64,000 nucleotides of DNA from Tubulanus polymorphus (taxonomy: Eukaryota; Animalia; Nemertea): the NCBI RefSeq assembly GCF_964204645.1, contig NC_134025.1, forward strand, positions 3,224,001-3,288,000, written 5' to 3'. A program made the translations under genes and the position numbers. The notes beneath the pieces are model-generated. The model was given only the letters and a program-made list of their open reading frames with translations. It did no database searches and was not told the origin of the DNA. Positions 12,394 to 23,545 of the stretch are shown piece by piece (position 1 is the stretch's first letter; each line of letters starts with the position of its first letter).

Positions 12394-13209
12394 TTATGAT
12401 TTATAGCAGGTCCATACACAGGTCTGGCCGATACCAGTCATTGCAATAACCTTGTAGTCTAACTTTTCTAGTTTATTCAGAATAATTCTTGGTGGTTCTT
12501 CAGATTGATATTCCTTGCTGAAATTTAGAAATGACCTTATAATCTTACTCAATAGGGTCTACGTAATACCAGAGATTGTTGGAATTTTCATGACTCAAAT
12601 AACTTACAAATTGTTTCCTACTTGTTGGATTAATGAAGCCCCAAGAGAAGCCATTAATTCAGGATCACTTGACTCATCACCGCAAATAGTCGGACCATTC
12701 TCCTGAAAACAATGAAATGATGAAAATTGCATTTATTTGACTGAACATTAGCATGTAGTATTTACTAGTCAAAATAGAACAGTAGGAAAGCGTTACTTAA
12801 TCCGTATTAGTACATGAAATATAATACGTGAAATGATTAATTAGCCTCTGGAAGGAACACCTACTGAGTGCTTGCGTTGTGGGAGCAATGAAATGACGTA
12901 AGTTGTGACCTTTAAATTTAACAAAATATCTATTGCTAACTGAATATTGATTGTCAAATCGGCTTACGTACAGACGGATGTGTATACAAATCGGCCCGCA
13001 CCTAACCCAATATAAATCGTAGTAGCCAGTAGGTTTTATTCGATAAATAGCATTACCAGTTTGACAAGTGAGATGTGTGGTGGGACGGTCTTCACCAGTT
13101 CAAGGGTTAAATATTAGTGACTTCACGATTATCAATCTGAATTGATAAGTTAGTAACCTGGAACATTACTTACCAGTCTTATCTGCGTACTTATCAGTAA
13201 ATAAGGCAT
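12394..13209 (-). CDS. GCHFR: GTP cyclohydrolase I feedback regulatory protein (GFRP), 84 aa
   Basis: Three GT-AG exons 13174-13209, 12608-12702, 12394-12517 give MPYLLISTQIRLENGPTICGDESSDPELMASLGASLIQQVGNNFKEYQSEEPPRIILNKLEKLDYKVIAMTGIGQTCVWTCYKS*, colinear with human GFRP (MPYLLISTQIRMEVGPTMVGDEQSDPELM...). Not in the ORF track. Confidence 0.97.
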
Positions 13210-13566
13210 TTCCGATTACTTCAAATGGACTCGGTTGTGACGTTTTATTTACTTCCGGACTTCGTGGGAATTCCCGGAATAGGTCCGCACGGATCACACT
13301 TCAAAAGTCCAAAAACGAGGAGAATAACGATTTGGTATCGAACTGAATCTTCCTAATAATTTTTAAGGATATTGATTTTTAATTTCATACTAATCTAGTA
13401 AACGATAAGGTCAAACTTTGATTTTATATCGTTGTTGACAATTCACTGCCGCTGGGAAAGGAATTTACTTCCGGGTTTTCCGAGAATTGTGATGCTTGTT
13501 ACGGTTCGCCGGTGGCACAGTTTTTTAGTGTGCAGAAATCCAATTTATTTTCGACAACCTGGAAAA
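13210..13566. promoter_or_regulatory. Bidirectional promoter GCHFR/RMDN
   Basis: 357 bp between divergent ATGs; two ETS/GABP-type ACTTCCGG motifs (13251, 13467). Confidence 0.6.
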
Positions 13567-15492
13567 ATGGCAAGTTTTCTTCGCGAACATAGTTCTTGGG
13601 TAGCAGCCCTGAGTACTGGTATATTGATCGGGGCCAGTAGTACTGTTTTATATTACAAAAAGTTCGGCAAAGATTTGTTAAAATTGTCCCGTAGTGTCGA
13701 CGAACTGCGAAGGGAAGTGAATGAGCTTCGAGATTCCTTGGCTAAAAAGAAACGTTCAGGCTTCTATTCGGTACATCCCAGTAGTGGTGATGAAGATGAT
13801 GATGTTTATGAAGAGGCCTTTGATGGAAGGTAAGGATTCCTGTGATTTATACAAAAACGAGTCCCACCATATTGCCTGTTTTATTTGTTATGTTAGTTCT
13901 AAGGCAGGTTTGGTTTGAATGTGTTCCGATTTATGAATAGCGTTTATGGATTACAAACTCTTACATCCATAAGATTTAGGTAGAGCGTATTCTGGTCGAA
14001 ACAAATGCACCAGAAAAGAATTGACTAATTGAAACCAGCCTAATAGCCGCCTTTTCCTCCAATATTTAGCCGCAGGTGACACAAATAATGTACTTTTTCA
14101 GAGATGACTTGCCGAGAGTTGCCAGTTTGCAAAGTACATCGAGTAGTTCAGTTTATTATTCTGATGTGTCGCATGAAAATTTGGAAGAATTAAAAACAGA
14201 TCTATTCACACAAATTGATCAGTTACTTGAAGGTGGTGACAGGGATAAAGAGAGAGCTTATAAACTTCTCCGAAACAGAAAGTCATTAGTGAGTTTCAAC
14301 TCGTTTATGAGGAGCATTCGATCTTCAAGATGCATGATACATCTGTTCTTGTCTCTTCTAATCTATTCTTTTTTCAGCTATCCTCTGACACAGATTTTCT
14401 TTGGCGTTATGCAAAAGCTACATTTATGATGTCGACGATTGAAGGAGATGGAGGCGATGAAGAGAAGAAGAAAGAATTAGTGTTTGAATCTAAAGACCTC
14501 GCTTATACTGCGCTATCTATCAACGAAAATGATTCCAACATCCAAAAATGGTAAGTTTCATTGATTCATATTTTAGAGTTCATCATTTTTGAAAGATTTC
14601 CGATAAACTCATTCATCATTTTATTAGGTGTGCCATAACTCTGGGAAGTGCTAATGATTACCTTTCGACTCAAGAAAAAATAGCCAATGGATTTAAATTC
14701 AAGGTATGACATGTATTTTCTTTTGAATTAAACAGTTTGAGGTCATAATTCTGATATCAAATTGTGTTTTCAGCAACATATAGAAAAAGCAATCAGTATA
14801 AATTCAAAAGACCCGTCATCACATTATCTTCTAGGAAGATGGTGTTATGGTGTAAGTATATTTTATCATTTCGTACATCAACATTTACTTAAAGGCATTT
14901 TGCATTAAGAATTGGCATTATTATCTGTGTCATTAAGGTTTACATGTTGTCCTGGTTGGAGAGAAAGGTTGCGTCTACATTATTTGCCAATCCTCCTACG
15001 TCTACAGTTGAAGAGGCATTAGAGCATTTCTTAGAAGTACGTGTTGAGTCTTGTGCAGAACTTTTATTCCTTCTCCTTCTTAAAAGGAAACTTGAATTAT
15101 TGATATTTTGTTGCAGGCTGATAAGCTGAACCCAGGAAAATGGAAAGAAAATTTACTGTATGTAGCTAAGGTAAATTATTTTTCGCTTGTTTCATTAAAG
15201 ATTTTAGTTTGAAAAATATCGGTGATCTCGACCAAGCTAAATGATTGTTTGTATCAATGAATTTTCAGTGTTATATAGAAAAACGTGATTATGCCTCGGC
15301 AGCAAAGTATCTTCAAAAGGCCAGTAACCTACCAGCACTGACTGCAGATGTAAGTAGTGACTACATTCCTTTTGTATTTCCAGTTTTGAGTCCGTGAAAG
15401 GTTAATTTTCATGCGATTTTAATTTTCAGGACAAAAATGCTGAAGTTGAAATAAGCAGTTTATTACTGAAGTATGGAAGTTATGGGAGCTGA
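13567..15492 (+). CDS. RMDN3: Regulator of microtubule dynamics 2/3-like (PTPIP51-like): TM anchor, coiled coil, FFAT-like motifs, TPR domain
   Basis: Exons ~13567-13829, 14102-14288, 14378-14550, 14628-14703, 14774-14851, 14938-15037, 15117-15170, 15269-15349, 15430-15492. Motifs [64 protein letters not shown]. Probably co-orthologous to RMDN2 and RMDN3. Confidence 0.9.
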
Positions 15493-16253
15493 TGGTACAC
15501 CACAGAAGTGTAAAGTGACATTCCATGATTTGAATCCATAGATATCTGATTGTGACATAATATTCAGCATATTACCGGGATTTATGGCTAAATCCAATGC
15601 AGCATTAGCAATACTGGCAATATTCTTTGCAGTCAACTATCATTTTGCATGACACACTTTCTGTCTACAAATTATTTGCATTATATTCATATAGCATCAT
15701 AATTGATAAATTTTTTGATGTTTTCTTGCTTATCCTGGCTAGAAACAAATCATTTGTCTGACAGACAATCTAATGATAATATATTAAATATTGACTTTAT
15801 CTTACGTAACATTATTCTCTACTTGTATTGAATATACACAAATAAATCGTTTATTTGGTAGTTATAAATATTTGATGTTTTCTTTTATGTTTTTGGACTT
15901 CAATCATAATAGTATATTTGACACTTTGTTTGTTCGTCTTTTATCCATCGATGGCTGCAGGATTAAAGAAAAACACCCCATGGAAAAGCAGTTTAATTAA
16001 TAGAACGATCGTTAAAGCCAGTTAAGCGCCAGTTTAGTAAGTCCAGTTATGTCCCAAACGGTTCTATCTCTAGCCCCGCCACCGTGGTATGAGCTCTAGA
16101 CCGTTAAGTGCTGCCCCTATACATCTCATTAGCGGCAAACTTGAGAACTAACTTCACTGCACGATATTCTTACCCTGGCATTCGAGTAAGTTAGTTCATA
16201 TTTCCCCCACACAATTCAGTGAGGCGCCACTGTACGGTCAATTTTCCGCATCA

Positions 16254-19223
16254 ATGATGGCTCTTCTTCGGAGAGCCGTCGCTGCTGCATTTATATTGTA
16301 TTTTTGTGCGGTCGCAGCCAACAACGAACCCAGCGTACCCGACCTGATTAAAGTTATCCAAAGAGTCCTGTTGTTTTACAAATATAATCAAAATGAAATG
16401 ATTCTTGATGGAGTATTTGGGCTGAGAATGTTGGAAGGTAAATTTTCTGGGTTGTTGTACTAAGTAACGAAGGAAAACGTCTGATTGATGTAGAGTAAAA
16501 ACTAACTTCTTGCACTGATTTTCTGTGTATGATTTATATTAATTTGATCAAGAACTTTTTGGCTGTGAAAAAAATAATTGAGAGGTATGCAATTCTGACT
16601 GACTGATCGACAAACTGTTGTAATTGGAAGATGTGTTGTTATGATTGCACATGCCATATCTCTTAATTTAGGTCATTTGTCTTTGATACTGGAAGAGCAA
16701 GAAACAGATAAATTTCCTAAACTGAAAGATGACTTAATTTCCACGTTGGAAATGCTTCATAAAGAATCGTCGAACATCGCTGAACATACACTGCCCGGTA
16801 TTAAGGAGAACTACGCGAAAGAATTTAATGATCTCGGTTTTCTTATCAGTCGTCCGTGGAAAGTTTGGAAGCCGCAGCGAAAATTAGACATGAGTAGAAA
16901 ATGGCCGAAAGTTGAATGGGATAAGTCACATATCGGTAAATCATTAGAGAAACTAATGTACATTAACGATTGATTGGTTTTTACATACCGGTATATAGAA
17001 TATGTCCCAAGTTTAAGACAATCTAATTACCTTCATACTGGATATAATGAACTGTCGGTTATGACGAATGTTTAGATTTTCTGGTGCCCTGAAGTTCATT
17101 CAAATGTTCCCTGTTAGGGTATGAACAATTTCATTTGTATAAGATACATTTTGATGCCGATTTATTTCAGTGATGAATGAAAAGAAAAGTGATAGTTGTA
17201 TGAAGGAGTTGTTACATAAAAGATGTGAACCATCATCGAACTGTTTAGAACTAATGACCAGTACTAAATATATGACCGATTACGCGATTACCCATCAAGT
17301 CTTATACTCACAATTAGCCGAGGAGGTAAAGTTTATTAAGAGATACTGTTCATAAATGTATGCAGACATCATTGGGAGCGTTAAAATGACCATATGTTTA
17401 GAATAAGGATGTGGATAATGAGGGGTTGAAAATCTTGGGGATGTGTTTTTTATGAACTGGCCCTCACTGTAACTTGATTCTGAATTATCTTTCATCAAAC
17501 AGGTTGGATGTCTGCCACGACTGGATCGCTGGCTAATAGCTCACGATCAGCCGGATGGTATCGCGGGTTGGCAGCACACCCTCTGCGCTAACATCTTGAA
17601 TTCAATGCAGGAAAAATTCACCAAAGCAAATTATAAAGTTGTCAAAAGTTACCAGGATTTGTTTATGGAGGAACGTAAGTATATTATGAGCTGGCTGATT
17701 GTCAAAACTAACAAACTAATCGATCACTTTGCTTATATGTTTTTTTAAAAATGAATTTCAGAAATAGTTTGTGCCTCGTATGGATTCAAACGCGAGTTCT
17801 TGCATCCTCAATTGCTGAAGGAAATCATCTCATGGCAGAAGCCGAGCGGATGCTTCGGAAATACAGAAAATAACGAAAAACCTATTGCAAATTCTGAAGA
17901 CGACGTCCCGTCGCAAAATCGAAGGAATAATCATCCTGCAAAACAGAAAAAAGTGAATGTAGCTAAACAAAGATACGACCAGATGAAGAGAGATAACAGA
18001 AAAACACCGCATCAATTAAATATAGCACGATTAACTCAACTGAAAGCTACTCATAGTCCGTACGCAGTTTTACATATCGCACAGCCACCAAAACTATCTT
18101 CAAAAGTCAATTACACAGATTCCGGAGCTGTTCTGTTGAATAAAAAACATTTATCTGTAGTTAATGATCGTTTACATCGCGTTGCTAAACAACCGCCAGT
18201 AAAAAGCGACGATCAACATCGTATCGCCGAGCTGAAACGTGCTGAAGCTGTTCTCAATAGAATCGAACACAATCGCAATATTGATGATAATCAACCCAAA
18301 CAGAAAATAAAGCAAGCCAATGATAGGACGGATGATTCGATGAGAAGAAAACTTCTTTCGATGAAGCATTTATCAGGTAATATTTGAATCGAAATAATCC
18401 AACATAAATCTGATGAGGACGTATGAGTATCAGAGCGAACTTTTTGTTCTAAAGAATTCGATTATTTCATATTCTATTGACCCGCAGCAATCTAGTTATT
18501 GATGGAATTATTTCAGATGGTTGTGAAGTTCACGCGACTGCTGTGGCAGCCGGAGTGCTCGGAATATACCTGCATTACTTCCTCGAAGATCCAGCTGACA
18601 TAGTCCGAGAACTTTCGATAAAATCGAACGGGAAAACAAATCCGTTGAGAGGTAATCAACCAGTGCATAACATTCCTTCAATCATCGGTCAAATCAGTCG
18701 AAATACTAGTCGAGTTTATGATTACGATGCAGGTGACGAGAACAAAGAGGATGAAGCAAATGATGAGGACGATTCGCCGGATCAGGCTAATGAGAATGAC
18801 TACATCGATTCAAACGTTGCCCGAAATCAAGCCGCCCATACGCTGAATAAAATCAAACCGCAGAAAAAACTTGTTATCGGTCCGAACAGCATGAAACATC
18901 AGCCGGCAGACGATGCTGCAGATGATGATTACGATCGTTACGATTACGAAAAAGAAGATTCGAATAATAAAGACGCGAACGACGATAGCTACAACAGCAA
19001 GAATGAAAATAAAGACATTCACCTCGAAGAGAATCATCAACCGCGTCATCGAAAAGATTCGTCGAAAACGTCATCGCGTATTGACAATCATTTCAGCTCG
19101 TCACTACCTTACACCCACCTGTTATTTTTCGCCATAATTATGTTTGTTATGATATTTATAATGTATAGGTTTATAAAGAGAAGACGAGTTTCAATTCGAT
19201 ATAAATCATTTCCGAGAACTTAA
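16254..19223 (+). CDS. UPF0764/C16orf89-like protein with signal peptide, large insert and C-terminal TM helix
   Basis: Exons 16254-16437, 16672-16935, 17171-17325, 17503-17674, 17762-18376, 18517-19223. Family blocks ILDGVFGLRMLEG, SDSCMKELL, YAITHQVLY, QDLFMEE, ISWQKPSGCFG, DGCEVHATAVAAGVLGIYL. Confidence 0.85.
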
Positions 19224-20289
19224 TCAATTCATTCGTGATTTTCGTTTATCTGATTATCGATATTTATTTATGATACATACTCTTTATCATTGATGTACTT
19301 ATTGGCTGTATGAATTGTGACAGACTGATCTCGGGAATCATGTGTAAATGTGAGATTATATCATTCAAGTTGTACCTGATTTTCTGTACTAGGAACCCAT
19401 AGATTCCAAACACACAACTGTAACTATATTCGTAGAGTAGCCGTGTTAACCTGGTTTAAAATAAGTAACGAGACGAGCAGTACTATATAGGTTAACTATT
19501 TGTTTGACGCACGAGCTTTCGCTACTAAACTGGAACTATAAACGCGATCTTTCAATGAGAAAAGTCGATATTGTTTGTAGTATATGTATTTTGAATTTTG
19601 ATGGTCATTTATCATTTTCCCCTTGTAAACCGGTACTATTATTCCAAGTTTTAAATGCTCTTCATCTTCTTTGATCTGTGACCAAAAGTGTTTTTTGGGA
19701 TGTTACTAATGATGTGATGTATTATTTTTATTACACAGTTAATCTGTAATTTATTATTTGTTGCGTTTACTTTGTTGAATTTTTTGTGGTTTGCTTTTTA
19801 GCGTTATTAATGGTCAAGCGATGCCATTATCTGTGGTTAGTAAGTAACCAATCACTTGGTGGTATCAGATATATTGCCTTGTAGGTTTGTGAAAATATTC
19901 AATGAAATCATCATGAAACTAAACATACAGACCGATGACTGATTAGTCTGTTGTGTATTGTATTGAAACGATAAGGGAATAGAACTAATAAATCGAAATG
20001 AGAGAAACTAGATATACACAAGTATTGAGAAATAATTGATTTTATTTCATTTACATTAGTCGAAATCATTGTGTATTTAGGTAACCCTAACCTTAACAGT
20101 AAAATGAAAACCAACGATATCTACATTTTTATGTTAATAAAATTTAAATAGAAAGTATCACTGTAAAAATTCTTATTGCATTCAATGTCCAACGTGTAAC
20201 AGATTTTGTAAGATAAATATATGTCTTTTATATTATGTAAGATGAAACTTGTTTTGTTTGCGCTATTACGATCGATGTTGATATTCAGA

Positions 20290-22920
20290 TCACATATTCA
20301 ACATCATAGCTGTAACTTCTCTCTGAAGTTCTTCTGTTCGTTCTTCTGCGTCGAGTGTCAATTTGTGGAAATTGCCAAGAATTTCACGATAGCCTACAAC
20401 AGAAAGATGAGGAAAGGATGCGTCTCTTTCGCAACAAGAGGCAATTACATTTACCACACGCTTTACGTCTGTCCATGTCATTTGGCCATGGTAAAACTGA
20501 CCAGTCAAAATTACCTTAGAATTTTGACCTGTGTCAAACATACGATACGGACCAATTTAAATTTGCCCCCCACCCCCGTTACAATAGATCTCGGATAAGG
20601 GTTAGGTTTAGGGTCAGCTTTGTGAAAAAGCCACTTCCGTCATCTGAACGAATTGATTTAGTAATGAACGGACGCCTTTTGAAATTGAAATTTTGCCATT
20701 TTGGAGAAAATCTTACATTTGACCGTTTCTTGTAGAATGGGGAGGACTTCTAGATAGATATCTATCAACAATGGCAAAGGAATCTGAAATGAAAAGTAAA
20801 ACGTATATGTAATTGGATCAATGCCAATAAAGCTGAAGGCACGTCGGTTGCAGTACCTGAGTTGCCGCCTTTTTTGCAAAACTTCTCATGAATTTTAAAT
20901 GTTCCTCGTCCTGTTTTGAAATAGAGATACAAATTCAGATAGTCTTTCCTTCTATTTGTCTAATATTAAACCTACGTTTAATGAATATAGATTTGAATAA
21001 TACGAACAATGGCGAATCCCATTTTGCTGTTCTGTCCATATTTATCTCGAGATTTCAGGCGCCATTTTCTCAAATTGACAATCGCACCAAGTCCAAGTGT
21101 CCCCAATTCTGAAAATATCGGGCTGGATGTAACTAAATAGCTAGTTTTATACATAGACTTATTTTTCTCGCAAATTCACCTTTCTTTTTCTGACCAGAGG
21201 TTCCAGGCTGAAAACGAAAATATCTTTTTTTGCAAATTACGCGAATTCTATGCGGATTATTTGAAGAAAAGGTCGACGTGTCTCGACACAATTCTAGGAC
21301 CCATTTTCAAAACTGTAGTTTTTCTTCGGTTAATTGCGTCTTCAATTAGTCAGTTACTTGTCTATTGAAATCAACTATGCAGATTAGTTTGTAATCATTC
21401 AAGTAGAGATAGAATGCGAAGATCTCACCCTGAATTTAGAATACTTTCCGATGCCGAAATAATTACCTCTGGTTCAGTTGACGTCACCGATTTAGTCTTC
21501 TCTGAAAAGTCAAAATCACATTCTCAATGTATTTCTTACAATCAGAATCATAAAAACAATTTATACACTATAGATATTAGATGATTGAAATTTTAAACAT
21601 TACCCGTAAAATCAGTTTTCAAAGTTTCTTGTGAGCCGGCTGAATCGGGTAAGCTGGTTTCACTAGATTGCATCGGTTCTACGAACAGTACTGCTCGACT
21701 ACGATTACGGATTTTATCTAGCGTTGCATAAGATGTGGGTTTATTGGTTGGATCAGTTGCTAAAAATTGGTCATTCATTTCGGGACCGCCGTAAAAATTA
21801 AGAGCAGACATCTTTCGTTGACTCAGTACGTTCTCGTTGTGCCGTGGAAACTTGTGGGTCGAAATTCTGTAATTTCATTTAGTTGGTGTAATTTTATTTA
21901 ATGCTTAGTTTGATCTCCCGTTGTCCGCCTGGACGAAAACGAGACTTATCAAAATTAATCGATTTTGGTAAAACTTCATTCGATGAACATTTGGGAGTAG
22001 ATAAAAACTGTGAAATACTCACAAATTCCGTATGGAAGCACCATCGATTCGAGACAGTTTCCTATCGTTCTTCGGAAGCCCAATATAACGACCCTTATTC
22101 GACATCGTCAGCGGCTCAAAATCCTCGTGATCTGGATCATCTTAATTATGAGTAAAAACAGTAGCGTTTAAAACCTCTTCTGAATTAATGTGGAACAAAC
22201 GATTGAATAAGACCTAACCTGCGTTTGAATCATCAACGACGATAAGACACGGGGGAGCGCTAGTTACGTTGACACTAGGAGAAACCGGCGATGGCGGCGC
22301 TTTCGAAGATGGACTACATGAAAGTGAAAATTGTTCATTATATATAGAATGATAAAACAATCGACCAATTACTGATAGAAAGGGGATCAATGTGTGGTCC
22401 ACTCTCATAGCGATAGTGGTGCCATGAAGGTGGACCCCACTATCAAAATTATGATGTGGCAAGCCCCTTTGGTGAAAATCTTCAATGAATACCTTTCAAC
22501 CTCTTCATCTGGAGGATTACCCTATAAATGAAAGCATACGTCAGATGAGGGTTTAAGTTTGATTTTAGGGAAACTGATTAAACTAACTTTTGATACATTG
22601 GTGATCCACGATTGGATCCCGATCTGTGAAGCATTTGCAACATCCTGAAAACTAATAATAGGAAACTTCGTGTTTCAAAGTGGAAAGCGACAGTTATTAA
22701 GCAATTGTTTATGGAGTGTTTTGTACCTATTATTATGAGAGTCTAAGTTGTTAATTCGTAGCGTAGGTTTATCCCCACCAAGTTTTGGAGAAAGTCCCAC
22801 AGCAGCTGCCCACTGTTCATTCTTCGACATTCTTCTTGGTTTAGTGGGTCCGTAAGGTGCTCCATAATTCGTTCTGTCGGGACCTGTTCCTGTTGACCCT
22901 AATTTCCCACGGTCTGCCAT
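20290..22920 (-). CDS. Uncharacterised multi-exon protein (~12 short exons), no recognised domain
   Basis: A phase-consistent GT-AG chain runs from MADRGKLGSTGTGPDRTNYG through DVANASQIGIQSWITNVSK, SPSSKAPPSPVSPS, DDPDHEDFEPL, MSALNFYGGPE, LGLGAIVNLRKWRLKSR, DEEHLKFMRSFAKKAATQ, IPLPLLIDIYLEVLP to EELQREVTAMMLNM*. Some junctions are uncertain. Confidence 0.65.
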
Positions 22921-23144
22921 TCTAGCTCGGGGACCTTCACACCCAGCCTCCCAGTCCGCCGCTGTGCCTCGCCCTTGGCACAAAAATAAGATCAGAAGTG
23001 TTTTCTAGCCACTGCAAGGCACAAAAATAGATCGGAAATCAACATAGAATATGAATTTGTAACATTCATTAAAAAATATTTCTTGATACACATGTTTTTG
23101 TCGGCGCCCGGACCAAAAAGTAAACAAATAAGATATCGTATGCT

Positions 23145-23159
23145 GCTGCCATCTAGCGG
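23145..23159 (-). promoter_or_regulatory. CTCF consensus site
   Basis: Reverse complement CCGCTAGATGGCAGC fits the CTCF core; it lies ~230 bp upstream of the unrecognised gene. Motif match only. Confidence 0.4.
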
Positions 23160-23379
23160 ATTGCAGACGATGCATGTTTCCCCCGATGTTTCCCGTCATC
23201 TTCGATAAAAATCTTTTCTTTAGAGATATCATGGATTACCTTGTTGATATATCTAACTAAATTATTAATAATATTTTCTTGGAATCATCAGCGTATCAGT
23301 TAATTTAGCAGATTTATTGATTATCCATGTGGATCAACTGAACCGTGACGAGACCCGGGCACCAGTCTAACCATACTCG

Positions 23380-23545
23380 CCAGTGTAGACTTATGTACGG
23401 TCCCCTAGCGGAAATTCTGCGAACTGATTTAACAGCATAGACTGGTTGCCGGTCTAAATGAACGGGATAGACCGTTAACCATTCACGATTACATTAGTTC
23501 GCAGAAATTCCGCTAGGTGACCGTATATTTTGGCCACCACACTGG
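23380..23545. mobile_element. Palindromic MITE-like element
   Basis: Arms TACGGTCCCCTAGCGGAAATTCTGCGAACTGAT and ATTAGTTCGCAGAAATTCCGCTAGGTGACCGTA are near-perfect reverse complements; outer ends CCAGTGT / ACACTGG. Confidence 0.65.

Noticed and set aside
20597-20613. Telomere-like AAGGGTTAGGTTTAGGG
   Set aside because: Only 2-3 degenerate units; a common motif in invertebrate repeats.
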